Source: Cyanobacteria bacterium auto_48_18
GTDB taxonomy: Bacteria > Cyanobacteriota > Vampirovibrionia > Obscuribacterales > Obscuribacteraceae
Reading direction: 5' to 3'
DNA length: 64,000 nucleotides
Assembly (NCBI GenBank): GCA_036170915.1
Contig: JAVHQC010000021.1
Span: 1 to 64,000, forward strand
This document shows positions 9,259-18,404 of the stretch, piece after piece. A program made the translations under genes and the position numbers. How positions within the stretch are numbered: the stretch's first letter is position 1; each line of letters opens with the position of its first letter. The notes below the pieces were generated by a model, which was given only the letters and a program-made list of their open reading frames with translations, was not told where the DNA came from and made no database searches.

Positions 9259-10921
9259 CGAAGACCTGCTTGTTGGTCGGGATGACGACACCCTTCCAGT
9301 CAAGCCGAGATTCGATGTGACCCTTCAAGCCAGCCAGAGCCTCTTCATCGCCGTGGACGACAAAGACACCCTTTGGACGGCGCTTGAATTTGCCGAGCCA
9401 GTTGACCGTGTCACCATAGTCTGCGTGCGCCGAATAATCGGGCAAGAAGTCCACAGTGGCATTGAGTTTCACCACCTTGCCGGCAACGCGAACGGTCTTC
9501 GGCGTAGCGATGTTCTGCGGAGCGGCAACGCTATCAGGACGCTCACCAGCAGAGGTGCGCACGATAGCCTGACCGAGAGTGCCGGTGCCCTGGTAGCCGA
9601 CGAACATCACCGTGCTCTTGCTGTCTGCCAGCCAGTAGTTGAGGTGATTGACGATGCGACCGCCGGCAGCCATACCACTGGAGCTGACGATGATGATCGG
9701 CTGAGCATGCTCGCGATGAAGCGCTTCCGAAGCCTTCCAATCTTCAACCACAGTGTGGTTGGGAGTGGTGTAAGGGTCGACGCCCGCCATGATCAGCGCT
9801 CGGGTTTCGGCGTTCATGATGGCAGCGTGTTTGCGGTGCACCTCAGTGGCCGCCTGGGTCATACGACCGTCGACGTACACGGGCATGGTAGGAACGCGAC
9901 CGGCTTCCATCAAGACACGAATGTCGTTGAGCACTGCCTGAGCGCGACCGACGGCGAAAGCCGGAATGAGAATCACACCGCTGCCGCCCTTGCCCTGCTT
10001 TTTGGCTCGAGCGTGAGCAGCGTTGAGCTTGGCTTCGAGCACGTCGAAACGATCACGCTTCTGGTGCAGGCGGTTGCCGTAGGTGGCTTCGACCATGACG
10101 TAGTCGGCCGATGCCACAGGCTGCAAGTCGCGCAGCAGGGGCATGTCGGGACGACCAATGTTGCCGGAGAAGCAGAATGTGCGCTTCTGGCTGCCACTGC
10201 CGATCTCGAGGTTGACTACGGCGGCGCCGAGGATGTGACCAGCTTCGGTGAAGGTGAAAGCGACAGCGTCACTGGCCTCGAAACGCGTGTCGTAATCGAC
10301 GGTCTTGAGGAACTTGAGGCTGGCCTGTGCTTCGAGCTGCGTGTAGAGCGGCTGGAACTTGGGATTGAGCGAAGCGGTCAAACCACTTTTCGCGGACGCA
10401 GACGACTTGCCGGTTTTGACAGCGGTCTTCTTGGTGCCCTGGCGAGGGTTGCCGGAGCGGGGAGAAGCAGACTGCGAGGTGGAGCTGGCGAGCGCAAGAG
10501 CCGGGATGTTGGCCTTTTCGAAACGCGCCTGGCGACGTTTGGCGTCTTCTTCCTGGAGATAGCCTGAGTCGGGCAGAATTACACCCATCAGGTCGCGGGT
10601 AGCTGGAGTAACGTAGACGGGGCCCTTGAAGCCGTCTTTGATCAGCTTCGGCAGGTAAGCCGAGTGGTCAACGTGGGCGTGGCTGATGATGGCGAAGTCG
10701 ATGTCAGAGGCGTTGATGCCGGAAGGCAAACGCTTCTGCATGTCGGCTTGCGGATTTTCGACGGTGAGGCCGAGATCCGTGACAAACCTGGTGACTTTGT
10801 CCTTTTCGAAATATTCGAAGAGGTAGAGCGAGCCGGTAACAGCCTGGGCAGCACCGAGTACGTGCAGTCGGAGAACCGAGCGACCGGTACGAGACAGGTC
10901 TTTCTGCTGGCGTTTATTCAT
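9251..10921 (-). CDS. MBL-fold beta-CASP RNA-processing hydrolase
   Basis: SHAHVDH, GHILG, EATYG, IPAFAVGRAQ, SSSGM, SAHAD, VHG motifs. Confidence 0.9.
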   Translation of the reverse strand: MNKRQQKDLSRTGRSVLRLHVLGAAQAVTGSLYLFEYFEKDKVTRFVTDLGLTVENPQADMQKRLPSGINASDIDFAIISHAHVDHSAYLPKLIKDGFKGPVYVTPATRDLMGVILPDSGYLQEEDAKRRQARFEKANIPALALASSTSQSASPRSGNPRQGTKKTAVKTGKSSASAKSGLTASLNPKFQPLYTQLEAQASLKFLKTVDYDTRFEASDAVAFTFTEAGHILGAAVVNLEIGSGSQKRTFCFSGNIGRPDMPLLRDLQPVASADYVMVEATYGNRLHQKRDRFDVLEAKLNAAHARAKKQGKGGSGVILIPAFAVGRAQAVLNDIRVLMEAGRVPTMPVYVDGRMTQAATEVHRKHAAIMNAETRALIMAGVDPYTTPNHTVVEDWKASEALHREHAQPIIIVSSSGMAAGGRIVNHLNYWLADSKSTVMFVGYQGTGTLGQAIVRTSAGERPDSVAAPQNIATPKTVRVAGKVVKLNATVDFLPDYSAHADYGDTVNWLGKFKRRPKGVFVVHGDEEALAGLKGHIESRLDWKGVVIPTNKQVFEL

Positions 10922-11589
10922 GTTAGTTGTTTCTCCAATGAATTATTTCGCTCTGACGGCAGAGGCGCATCAGAACGGTCTTCCCGTGGGTAGTCTCAAT
11001 TTTCCGAGGCACGGGAGCCGCGAAAAATGTGTAAAGATGCAAGTGCAGTAGGTTTGAGGGTTAGTAGTTGAAAGGCAGGAAACTGTGGTTTGGATGGAAG
11101 AAGAAAGAATACTCAGAGAACCTAGCAGCACAAGGGCTCGACATTCTATAAGGCCCGTGGAAATTCAGATTAGAGTGGCGCCACTAAAGCCTTTAGCCGC
11201 CAAAACCAGTCTGATTCGAAAATAGCAGAGCCCACGCGACCGCCTGACATCGACATCTCCGGCCTGCAGCTTGTCATGATGAACCAGGCTCGCTAATGGT
11301 CAATTCCGCGCCCGCGCGTGTAGCTATTGTGATTCATATGGCTAAAGGGCTAACTAAAAGAGTCATTCATTTTCTTCCAACCCGCCCGAGAGTTTTTTTA
11401 GCCCTAATCACATCAACTCACACCTTCCATAAGAAGCATGTGTACTTTGCGTTCAGGGTCTCTTGCCGTCCAGCTACCATCATCGTTTGCAAAGGCATAG
11501 GTGTTAGCGAGTTAGCGGGTTTTTTCTGCACAAACAACAACAAATCTCGAGCGAAGCGCCTCTGCCTTTGCCCGACTAAGGAGCATCTT

Positions 11590-12342
11590 ATGTTTCCTCT
11601 CAAGGACAACCTACGTTGCAATTCTTTTGCAACGGTTACTACCTGGCTGATTGTGGCAAACATCCTCGCTTTCTTCGTGGAAGTGGGTGCAATTGTCTCT
11701 GGCAACCAGGCCGAATTCTTCGGCACTTTCCTCATGGTGCCGCACACTTTCTTCACTTCGATGGCCAGCGGCGACCCCATGCTGATTCTTTCGGCTACCG
11801 GTACCGTGTTCGCTTCCATGTTTCTGCATGGTTCGTTCGGTCACATCTTCGGCAACATGTTCTTCCTCTACGTTTTCGGCAAGGCAGTCGAAAACCGCCT
11901 CGGCAAGTGGAATTACCTGGCCTTCTACCTCGTCACCGGCATCCTGGCCGCGCTTTGCCACGCCTACAGCGAACCCACCTCAATGATTCCGACCCTTGGC
12001 GCCTCTGGTGCTATCGCCGGCGTTCTTGGTGGATACCTGCTGCTCTGGCCGACCGCAACCATTTCCGGCTTCTACGTCGCTCCTGCTCCTGCCTACGTGC
12101 AAACCAAGGCCTATTGGTTCCTGGTTGGTTGGGTTGTGATGCAGGTTTCTGGTGTGCTTGAAGCTATCGGTTCGGTCAGCGGCGGCGGTGTGGCTCTCTG
12201 GGCTCACATCGGCGGCTTCGTGGCAGGCTTCATCATCGCCGGTCTCGTCAAGATTGCGGTCCCGGTTTCGGACGTCTGCATCATTCCGACTCCCGACTGC
12301 AAGACTCCCGAAGTCGAGCCGAAGAAGGGCAAGAAGAACTAA
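11590..12342 (+). CDS. Rhomboid intramembrane serine protease
   Basis: SMFLHGSFGHIFGNM, GASGA, ALWAHIGGF; AAGGAG SD before ATG 11590. Confidence 0.93.
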   Translation: MFPLKDNLRCNSFATVTTWLIVANILAFFVEVGAIVSGNQAEFFGTFLMVPHTFFTSMASGDPMLILSATGTVFASMFLHGSFGHIFGNMFFLYVFGKAVENRLGKWNYLAFYLVTGILAALCHAYSEPTSMIPTLGASGAIAGVLGGYLLLWPTATISGFYVAPAPAYVQTKAYWFLVGWVVMQVSGVLEAIGSVSGGGVALWAHIGGFVAGFIIAGLVKIAVPVSDVCIIPTPDCKTPEVEPKKGKKN

Positions 12343-12376
12343 GTAAAACTCGACCTAATTTGAGGTAATGAGTTTT

Positions 12377-12434
12377 GGAATTCTCAGAGAGGAATTGAAT
12401 CTTGCGATTCAGCCCTCTCTGAGATTCCTTTTTT
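12377..12434 (+). terminator. Intrinsic terminator after rhomboid
   Basis: GGAATTCTCAGAGAGG...CCTCTCTGAGATTCC followed by T6. Confidence 0.85.
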
Positions 12435-12454
12435 AATCGTAGCTACGATAACAT

Positions 12455-12483
12455 ATAATATTAAAGGTCATCAAGGTTGTCAA
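12455..12483 (-). promoter_or_regulatory. Near-consensus sigma70 promoter facing antisense into the rhomboid 3' end
   Basis: Minus strand TTGACA-17 nt-TATTAT. Confidence 0.55.
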
Positions 12484-12507
12484 CCAGGCTTGATACTTGG
12501 ATGCTGT

Positions 12508-12574
12508 GATGATCATGTACCGTTAACGGTTCGTGGATCGGCCGAGATGATCATGTACCGTTAACGGTTCGTGG
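12508..12574. repeat. Exact 29 bp direct repeat x2 with 9 bp spacer
   Basis: GATGATCATGTACCGTTAACGGTTCGTGG at 12508 and 12546. Confidence 0.95.
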
Positions 12575-12665
12575 CTCAAGAAAAAAATCTGGGTACAGAC
12601 TGTATTGAGGGCATTCATAAATGCTTTCCCTCAGTTGCGTTTTAAATTTGCAGGAGACGGCTGGA

Positions 12666-14597
12666 ATGATTGAGGTCAGTGACAAAAACCAATTGGGCAA
12701 TCTAGTGCTGGAGCTGGGTTTGCTTGACAGCAAAGATTTGAGCCAGGCCGTGTCGATCGCGCAAGAAACCAGCTTGCCACTCGGGAGAGTTTTGGTTCTT
12801 TCGAGCATGTTGACCGAAGCGGTCCTGCAAGCCACGCTGCGTTGCCAGAGCCTGCTCAAGCAAAGCCTCGTAGACGTTAAACTGGCCCAAAAGGCAATGG
12901 CGCTGGTCAAGCAAGACCAGCTAACTATCGATGAAGCGCTGTTCAAGCTCGGTTGGGATCCTGAGTCAACCAAAGACACAACACCACTTGGCGAGCTGCT
13001 AATCGATGCCGGCTACGTGTCGCGCGATCAGCTTGAACAGGCGTTGGAGAAAAATCGCACTTCCGGATTACCGTTTGGCCGTTTACTTGTCTTTAGTGGT
13101 GCTGTGACTGAAGGTCTGCTCACCGGCGCGCTCAACGCCCAGATACTCATTCGCGACGGTAAGTTAAGCAAACCACAAGCAGTGGAAGCATTGAAAGAAG
13201 CGCGCCTGCGGCAGGTTTCAGTAGAAGTGCCGCTCAAAGAAAAAGGATTTTACGATCTGCCCAGCCGGCATTGCCCGCGCATAGGTGAGCTGTTGCTTTT
13301 CTGCGGAGTAATTTCGCAATCAGATCTGGTTGGTGCTCTGGAACTGGGCTTGATTAACAAAGAGCCTGTGGGCCAAGTATTGATGCAGGAAAAGCTGGTC
13401 AATCGAAAGCTCCTGCAAGCGGCGCTGCTGGTGCAGGGCATGATGGCAGATCAAGAAATAAACATTACCGATGCGCGCACAGTAATTTCTGCGGTCAAAG
13501 ACGGCGTGCCTGTAGAACAGGCTCTGGAAGAGGCGTTACAACAAACTGAAGCCGAAAAAGAAGAAGCAGCAGACTCTAGATCAGAATATGTATCGCTCTT
13601 TGATTTTCTCAAAACCCTTGGCACCATTAGTGACAATCAAGTGCACGATGCATTTCAAATTGCCAAGCATAATTCAGCCGTGCTGACACAAATATTGCTC
13701 ATTGCCGGCAGTCTAGACGGCAAGACCCTGGAGCGCGCCGAGCATTGCCGCAAGCTAGTTCAGGAGAAAAAGCTCAGCGTTGAGCGCGCCAATGTTGCTT
13801 ATGATTACGCCGACCGAGCCGATATCGATGTGACGCAGGCGCTAAAAGAATTGCACTGGTACAAACCAGGTGACGATGCGAAAGAGGCCAAGGTAGAAAC
13901 TCCCGAGGAAGAGGAGAGCAAAGAAAGCGAGTCAGAGTGGGATTCTCAAGTGCGCAAAGCACATCAGTACATGCTCACAAATAAAACAGACAACGCCTTA
14001 GAAGTCTGGCTGGCGCTACTGCAAACAGCCGAAAAAACTCATCCAGATAAAGTGATTGAATGCATAGACGAAATAGCCGGAATCTGCAGCATCACCCGCA
14101 ATTTTGGCCTCGCCGAACAATACTACTTACGCTCACTTAAACTCAAAGAGCGCGCCAAAGATCCAAAGAAAATTCTCTACGCTCAGGGCCTCAGCAACCT
14201 CGGCAAAATTTGTTACTTCCAGCGCAAATTTGCCGAATGCGAAGACTACGCGCGACTTTTCATTGAAGTAATTGCCGACAATTTCGGACCAACTCACCCT
14301 GACGTTGCTTGCGGTTGGCAGAATTTAGCCAGCATTTATTACGCCCAGAAAAAATATCAACTAGCCAAAGGCGCATATATCGCAGGCATTAAAATCTGCG
14401 AACAAGGTCTCGGTGACAGGCATCCAACCAGCGTGCAGTTAACGCGCAATTATGCTTCTTTGTTGAAAAAAATGGACGAAATGGAACAAGCCGGACTTAT
14501 AGATGCCAGCGCCACAGGTGAAATTACAGGCAGCTGGCGTACATTACCGAAAGAGCACTACGAAATGCTTGGTAGTTTGTATCACGAAAAAGACTAG
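12666..14597 (+). CDS. Protein with 4 MshEN-like helical repeats and C-terminal TPRs
   Basis: QLGNLVLELGLL, PLGELLIDAGYV, RIGELLLFCGVI; TPR HPDVACGWQNLA; AGGAG SD before ATG 12666. Confidence 0.75.
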   Translation: MIEVSDKNQLGNLVLELGLLDSKDLSQAVSIAQETSLPLGRVLVLSSMLTEAVLQATLRCQSLLKQSLVDVKLAQKAMALVKQDQLTIDEALFKLGWDPESTKDTTPLGELLIDAGYVSRDQLEQALEKNRTSGLPFGRLLVFSGAVTEGLLTGALNAQILIRDGKLSKPQAVEALKEARLRQVSVEVPLKEKGFYDLPSRHCPRIGELLLFCGVISQSDLVGALELGLINKEPVGQVLMQEKLVNRKLLQAALLVQGMMADQEINITDARTVISAVKDGVPVEQALEEALQQTEAEKEEAADSRSEYVSLFDFLKTLGTISDNQVHDAFQIAKHNSAVLTQILLIAGSLDGKTLERAEHCRKLVQEKKLSVERANVAYDYADRADIDVTQALKELHWYKPGDDAKEAKVETPEEEESKESESEWDSQVRKAHQYMLTNKTDNALEVWLALLQTAEKTHPDKVIECIDEIAGICSITRNFGLAEQYYLRSLKLKERAKDPKKILYAQGLSNLGKICYFQRKFAECEDYARLFIEVIADNFGPTHPDVACGWQNLASIYYAQKKYQLAKGAYIAGIKICEQGLGDRHPTSVQLTRNYASLLKKMDEMEQAGLIDASATGEITGSWRTLPKEHYEMLGSLYHEKD

Positions 14598-14620
14598 GTT
14601 ACGGCACACAAAGCGGCGCC

Positions 14621-15229
14621 TTACTTGTCTTTTTTCTCAAATTGAAGCGACGCTGAGTTAATGCAATAGCGGTTTCCGCCTGGCTTTGGTCCATCGTTGA
14701 AGAGATGCCCAAGATGAGCGCCACAGTGCTTGCAAATCACTTCGGTGCGTTTCATGCCGTAAGAGTTGTCTTCTTTTGAAGCCACGCTCTCACCCGCAGT
14801 ATGAGTAAAACTTGGCCAGCCGGTGCCTGAATCAAATTTGTCTTTAGAATCAAAAAGCAATTCGTTGCAGTTGCTGCAGCGGTATTCACCTTTGTCGTGA
14901 TTGTTCCAATATTTACCGCTGAATGCAGGCTCTGTAGCGCTGCAACGAGTAACGTTATAAGTTTCGGGGTCGAGTTTTTCTTTCCAGTATTTGTCGTCTT
15001 TTTTTACTGTTTTGTCGCCCGTTGCTCTTTTGTCGCCCGCTTCTGGTTTTGACGAATCCATTTTTATTTCTGTACCTTTTTTAGTCTCTGACTTAGTCAT
15101 TTCCTGGCTTGAAATTATCTCAATAGAAGGCTTAGCGCAGGCCATCAGCTGGGTGCTTGAAGTGATAAACAATACAGCCAAAGCCGAAACTCTCGCAATC
15201 TTTTTTACTTTCAACATGTTCATACTCAT
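14621..15229 (-). CDS. msrB: Peptide-methionine (R)-S-oxide reductase with export signal
   Basis: KFDSGTGWPSF, RTEVICKHCGAHLGHLF, RYCINSASL. Confidence 0.95.
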   Translation of the reverse strand: MSMNMLKVKKIARVSALAVLFITSSTQLMACAKPSIEIISSQEMTKSETKKGTEIKMDSSKPEAGDKRATGDKTVKKDDKYWKEKLDPETYNVTRCSATEPAFSGKYWNNHDKGEYRCSNCNELLFDSKDKFDSGTGWPSFTHTAGESVASKEDNSYGMKRTEVICKHCGAHLGHLFNDGPKPGGNRYCINSASLQFEKKDK

Positions 15230-15801
15230 TATTCGCAGACCTGCCCGTGTTTGACAAAATAGTTTTGGTGATACTCTTCAGCCTTATAAAATTTGGTGCT
15301 CGGCACTACCAATGTGACTATGGGTTTGGGAAAACGCTTTGCTCTGGTCAATTCGGCGATGTAAGCAAGGGCTTCTTTTTTCTGATCTTCACTGGCGTAA
15401 AAAATTGCTGAGCGATATTGATCACCAATATCTGGCCCTTGCTGATTCTTAGTGGTCGGATCATGATGGGCGAACAAAACTTCCAACAATTTGCGGTAGT
15501 TAGTCTTAGTCGGATCAAAATCGATTTCTACTGCTTCTGCGTGGCCAGTGGCGTGCGAACAAACTTGTTCATATGTCGGGTTAGTCAGGGTTCCGCCCGT
15601 GTAACCAACTGCAGTTTTCACTACTCCTGGAACTTTTCCGAAAACATATTGGGTCTTCCAGAAACAACCGGAAGCGAAATAGGCTTTGTCGAGCTTATGC
15701 GGCGCAGCTGGAGCGGCCATGGAATCACGCGCGTTGAAGAAATAAATTAGGACCAGAAGCGCCGAGAAGGCGACCATGGCGATTAAACTAAACCTTTTCA
15801 A
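15229..15801 (-). CDS. msrA: Peptide-methionine (S)-S-oxide reductase with export signal
   Basis: GCFW, PTYEQVC, GHAEAV, HDPT, QYRSAIF, AEEYHQNY. Confidence 0.95.
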   Translation of the reverse strand: MKRFSLIAMVAFSALLVLIYFFNARDSMAAPAAPHKLDKAYFASGCFWKTQYVFGKVPGVVKTAVGYTGGTLTNPTYEQVCSHATGHAEAVEIDFDPTKTNYRKLLEVLFAHHDPTTKNQQGPDIGDQYRSAIFYASEDQKKEALAYIAELTRAKRFPKPIVTLVVPSTKFYKAEEYHQNYFVKHGQVCE

Positions 15802-15932
15802 TTAGAACCTCTGTGCAAGCCGACCACTATACTCTATTGCTTTATACAGAGATTGGCCCGATTTTATTCCATCGGTGGGAGAGCTAAGTAAATCCGCAAA
15901 AACCAACCTAATCCGATAGCATTTAATCTTCC

Positions 15933-15960
15933 CAAACTGAAACGTGCACGCTTCAGTTTG
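15933..15960. repeat. Palindromic REP-like repeat
   Basis: CAAACTGAAACGTGCACGCTTCAGTTTG, near-perfect palindrome. Confidence 0.8.
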
Positions 15961-16001
15961 CAGCCAACTTCACCGGTAGCTGCTCGACAGATCCAGTCTA
16001 G

Positions 16002-16847
16002 TTAATCGTTCACCGAAAGGACCAGTTGCGGTGCTGGAATGTGGTGATCGGCGCGCATGGCAATGATAGCCGTACCCACTGAGAAGAACTCGATGATGTG
16101 GTCACTCCAGGCGTAACTGCCTTCGTGAATATCAACTCCAACAATACCGTCGGCCTTCAAATTGACGCCTTCATTTTGCATACGTTCCATGGCTAATTCC
16201 CGGGCGTCATAGAGGGCTTGAGTGAAGTTGACCATCTCAATATTTTGGCCCACGGTCTTGAAAAATTGACCAAATGTCTGGTGCGCTACGTGATAAACAC
16301 AATTGCCCATCACCATTCCCACCGGCCTGTAGCCTGCTTGCAGCAGTGTCCAAAAATCTTGGCCAGAGAGGTCAGAAGTAAATGGCATATTGGTATTTGT
16401 ACGCCAGTTAATTGAGCGATCGTTGGCAACAACAGCTGTTCCGATGGCAACAAATTCTGCCAGACTTTCGCCCCAACCCAGGTGTTTTACTTTTAAGCGC
16501 ACGGCCACGACACCGTCAGCTCCCAGTTCATCAGCCTCTTCTTCCATGCGTGTCATGGCCAGTTCACGAGCGTGATACATCGCTTGGGTCAAAACTTGCA
16601 TTTCTTCGTTCTTAGTCCAGCGAGCTTGCTGAAAACCGATGTGATAAATAGATGAGCCCACCACCATGCCAACCGGCTCGAAGCCTGCTTCTTTGACAAG
16701 GAGAAATTCATTGACTGAAAGATCAGAAGTAAAAAGTGTACGCTTGCCGTCTTTGCCGCGCATCTGCGCTAAACGCTCGTGAGCATGCTCGGGCAAGTCA
16801 GCGTGACCCTCAGCCGGGTTGTGTTGTGGATTATTAGGATCCGGCAT
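16002..16847 (-). CDS. Tandem YbjQ/UPF0145-like (heavy-metal-binding) domain protein
   Basis: Two FTSDLS...ARELAM.RM..E...L.ADG.V....EF..GTA units. Confidence 0.85.
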   Translation of the reverse strand: MPDPNNPQHNPAEGHADLPEHAHERLAQMRGKDGKRTLFTSDLSVNEFLLVKEAGFEPVGMVVGSSIYHIGFQQARWTKNEEMQVLTQAMYHARELAMTRMEEEADELGADGVVAVRLKVKHLGWGESLAEFVAIGTAVVANDRSINWRTNTNMPFTSDLSGQDFWTLLQAGYRPVGMVMGNCVYHVAHQTFGQFFKTVGQNIEMVNFTQALYDARELAMERMQNEGVNLKADGIVGVDIHEGSYAWSDHIIEFFSVGTAIIAMRADHHIPAPQLVLSVND

Positions 16848-16886
16848 TACATTCTCCTTTGTACTGTCATATTTAAGAATGGTGTC

Positions 16887-17909
16887 TTATTCAAGCGCAT
16901 CATCGTCGTCAAAACCGCCCTGTGCCATCTCTGCAATAGGGTCATCAAAATCTAAACTGCGCAAACTGTTGCGCGCTAAATCTATGACCATCATCGGCTT
17001 AGGATTAATGCGAGCCTTGCCGTCCGGGCGATTGGTGACAGCAGTACCCATGGCCATAAAACTAATGAGCATGTCCATATAACTGACGCGGTTCCGCTCA
17101 ACATGAATCGGATGCATACTGTATTCGACGTTCATGTCGACGGCACCATGAGATTCCAACTCGCTTATTTCAACGGTCAAGCGATTGACAGCCAGTTCAC
17201 GCGCCGTGCTGAAGCCCTGGCTAAACTGCATAACTTCTTGATTTTGAATGCCGCCAAACCAGCTGCTCGTGGTGTTACGCGTCTGCCAGTCGGCCCGTAT
17301 GTAGTAAGTGCAATTGCCCATAACTACGCCGGTGGGCCAGAATCCAGATTCATAAAGCTGCCAGAATTCTTGACCGCTGAGCGTACTGGTAAAAGGAATT
17401 CTTTTCCCTTTAGATAACGCTTCGTTGCCGGAAATGCGGATAGCAGTGCCTACAGCAGTAAATTCGGTGACGTCTGAACTCCAGGTGAAATCTTTGATTT
17501 TGATATGCACACCAATAATGCCATCAGCGCCAAGCAGCTCAGCTTCTTTGCGCATGCGCATGATTGCTAGCTCTCGTGCATTTCGGTGTGCATTAGAAAG
17601 GCTATCGAGTTCGCCTGTATTGGGCCAGCCAAAACCATAAGCGTTATTCATGCTGTTCCAGCCCACACGCATAAACGAACTGCCCATCACCTGACTGATT
17701 GGCTCATAACCTGCTTCCCTCGCCAGCAAGTATTCTTTGGCACTGAAAGTACTGGAGAAAAATTTGTGTTCAGCATTGACTTGTTGCTCAATGCGGTGAC
17801 GAGCTGCTGGTGGTATATCGCCCTGTTCGAGCGCTTTTACGCTGGCTTCTTGACTGAGTCGCTTGACGCGGTCGTCATCTTTTTCTTTGAAAATATCCCA
17901 GAAAGGCAT
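16887..17909 (-). CDS. Tandem YbjQ/UPF0145-like domain protein, paralog
   Basis: ARELAIMRMRKEAELLGADGIIG...EFTAVGTA plus a second unit. Confidence 0.85.
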   Translation of the reverse strand: MPFWDIFKEKDDDRVKRLSQEASVKALEQGDIPPAARHRIEQQVNAEHKFFSSTFSAKEYLLAREAGYEPISQVMGSSFMRVGWNSMNNAYGFGWPNTGELDSLSNAHRNARELAIMRMRKEAELLGADGIIGVHIKIKDFTWSSDVTEFTAVGTAIRISGNEALSKGKRIPFTSTLSGQEFWQLYESGFWPTGVVMGNCTYYIRADWQTRNTTSSWFGGIQNQEVMQFSQGFSTARELAVNRLTVEISELESHGAVDMNVEYSMHPIHVERNRVSYMDMLISFMAMGTAVTNRPDGKARINPKPMMVIDLARNSLRSLDFDDPIAEMAQGGFDDDDALE

Positions 17910-17912
17910 AAT

Positions 17913-18311
17913 TTACCCGATTACAAATTTTTGCAGAGCTTGTTTGGTGCGACTATTTTTCTCAGCCATCTGCGCTAATGCCACAGCCAGATTTTCAACC
18001 CATTTCTCAACGGGTACCTCTTCAGTTTTTAGGACAACCCCTCTGACAATTTTCATTTGCCTGGCGGTTATGGAACCCCGTTTTTCGCGCACCATCTGAA
18101 AGCCCTGCTCTCCGAGGCTGACTTTAAGGTCTACCACCGGCTTTTTGGCTGAAAGCAACCAACCCCCGCGAGTGATCTCCACTTCTTCCGGCAGGGCCGA
18201 GACCAGCTTGGCCGCCAGAAACTCCAGCAAATCGCCAGAATCGTTTTTATCCATTTGCAATGAGCAGGCCAGAACATCGACCTGCAGCGCTTGTTCGTAG
18301 TCGTCAACCAC
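17913..18311 (-). CDS. Conserved hypothetical protein, first gene of the YbjQ-like operon
   Basis: 132 aa; LAAKLVSALP...VRGVVLKTEEV..EKW; GAGG SD. Confidence 0.75.
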   Translation of the reverse strand: MVDDYEQALQVDVLACSLQMDKNDSGDLLEFLAAKLVSALPEEVEITRGGWLLSAKKPVVDLKVSLGEQGFQMVREKRGSITARQMKIVRGVVLKTEEVPVEKWVENLAVALAQMAEKNSRTKQALQKFVIG

Positions 18312-18404
18312 TTGACAGAAACCTCGACTAACTTTGGCCCAACATTATATAGCTCTCAAGCGTGATAAACATACTCTTGACTGGCGTGATGATAAGATGC
18401 ACTG

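Noticed and set aside
9317..10567. 416 aa antisense ORF (also 29546-30493, 45862-47553, 47597-48496, 62950-63867)
   Set aside because: Shadow frames caused by codon bias of well-supported opposite-strand genes
12508..12574. Mini CRISPR array
   Set aside because: Only two repeats, a 9 bp spacer and no cas genes
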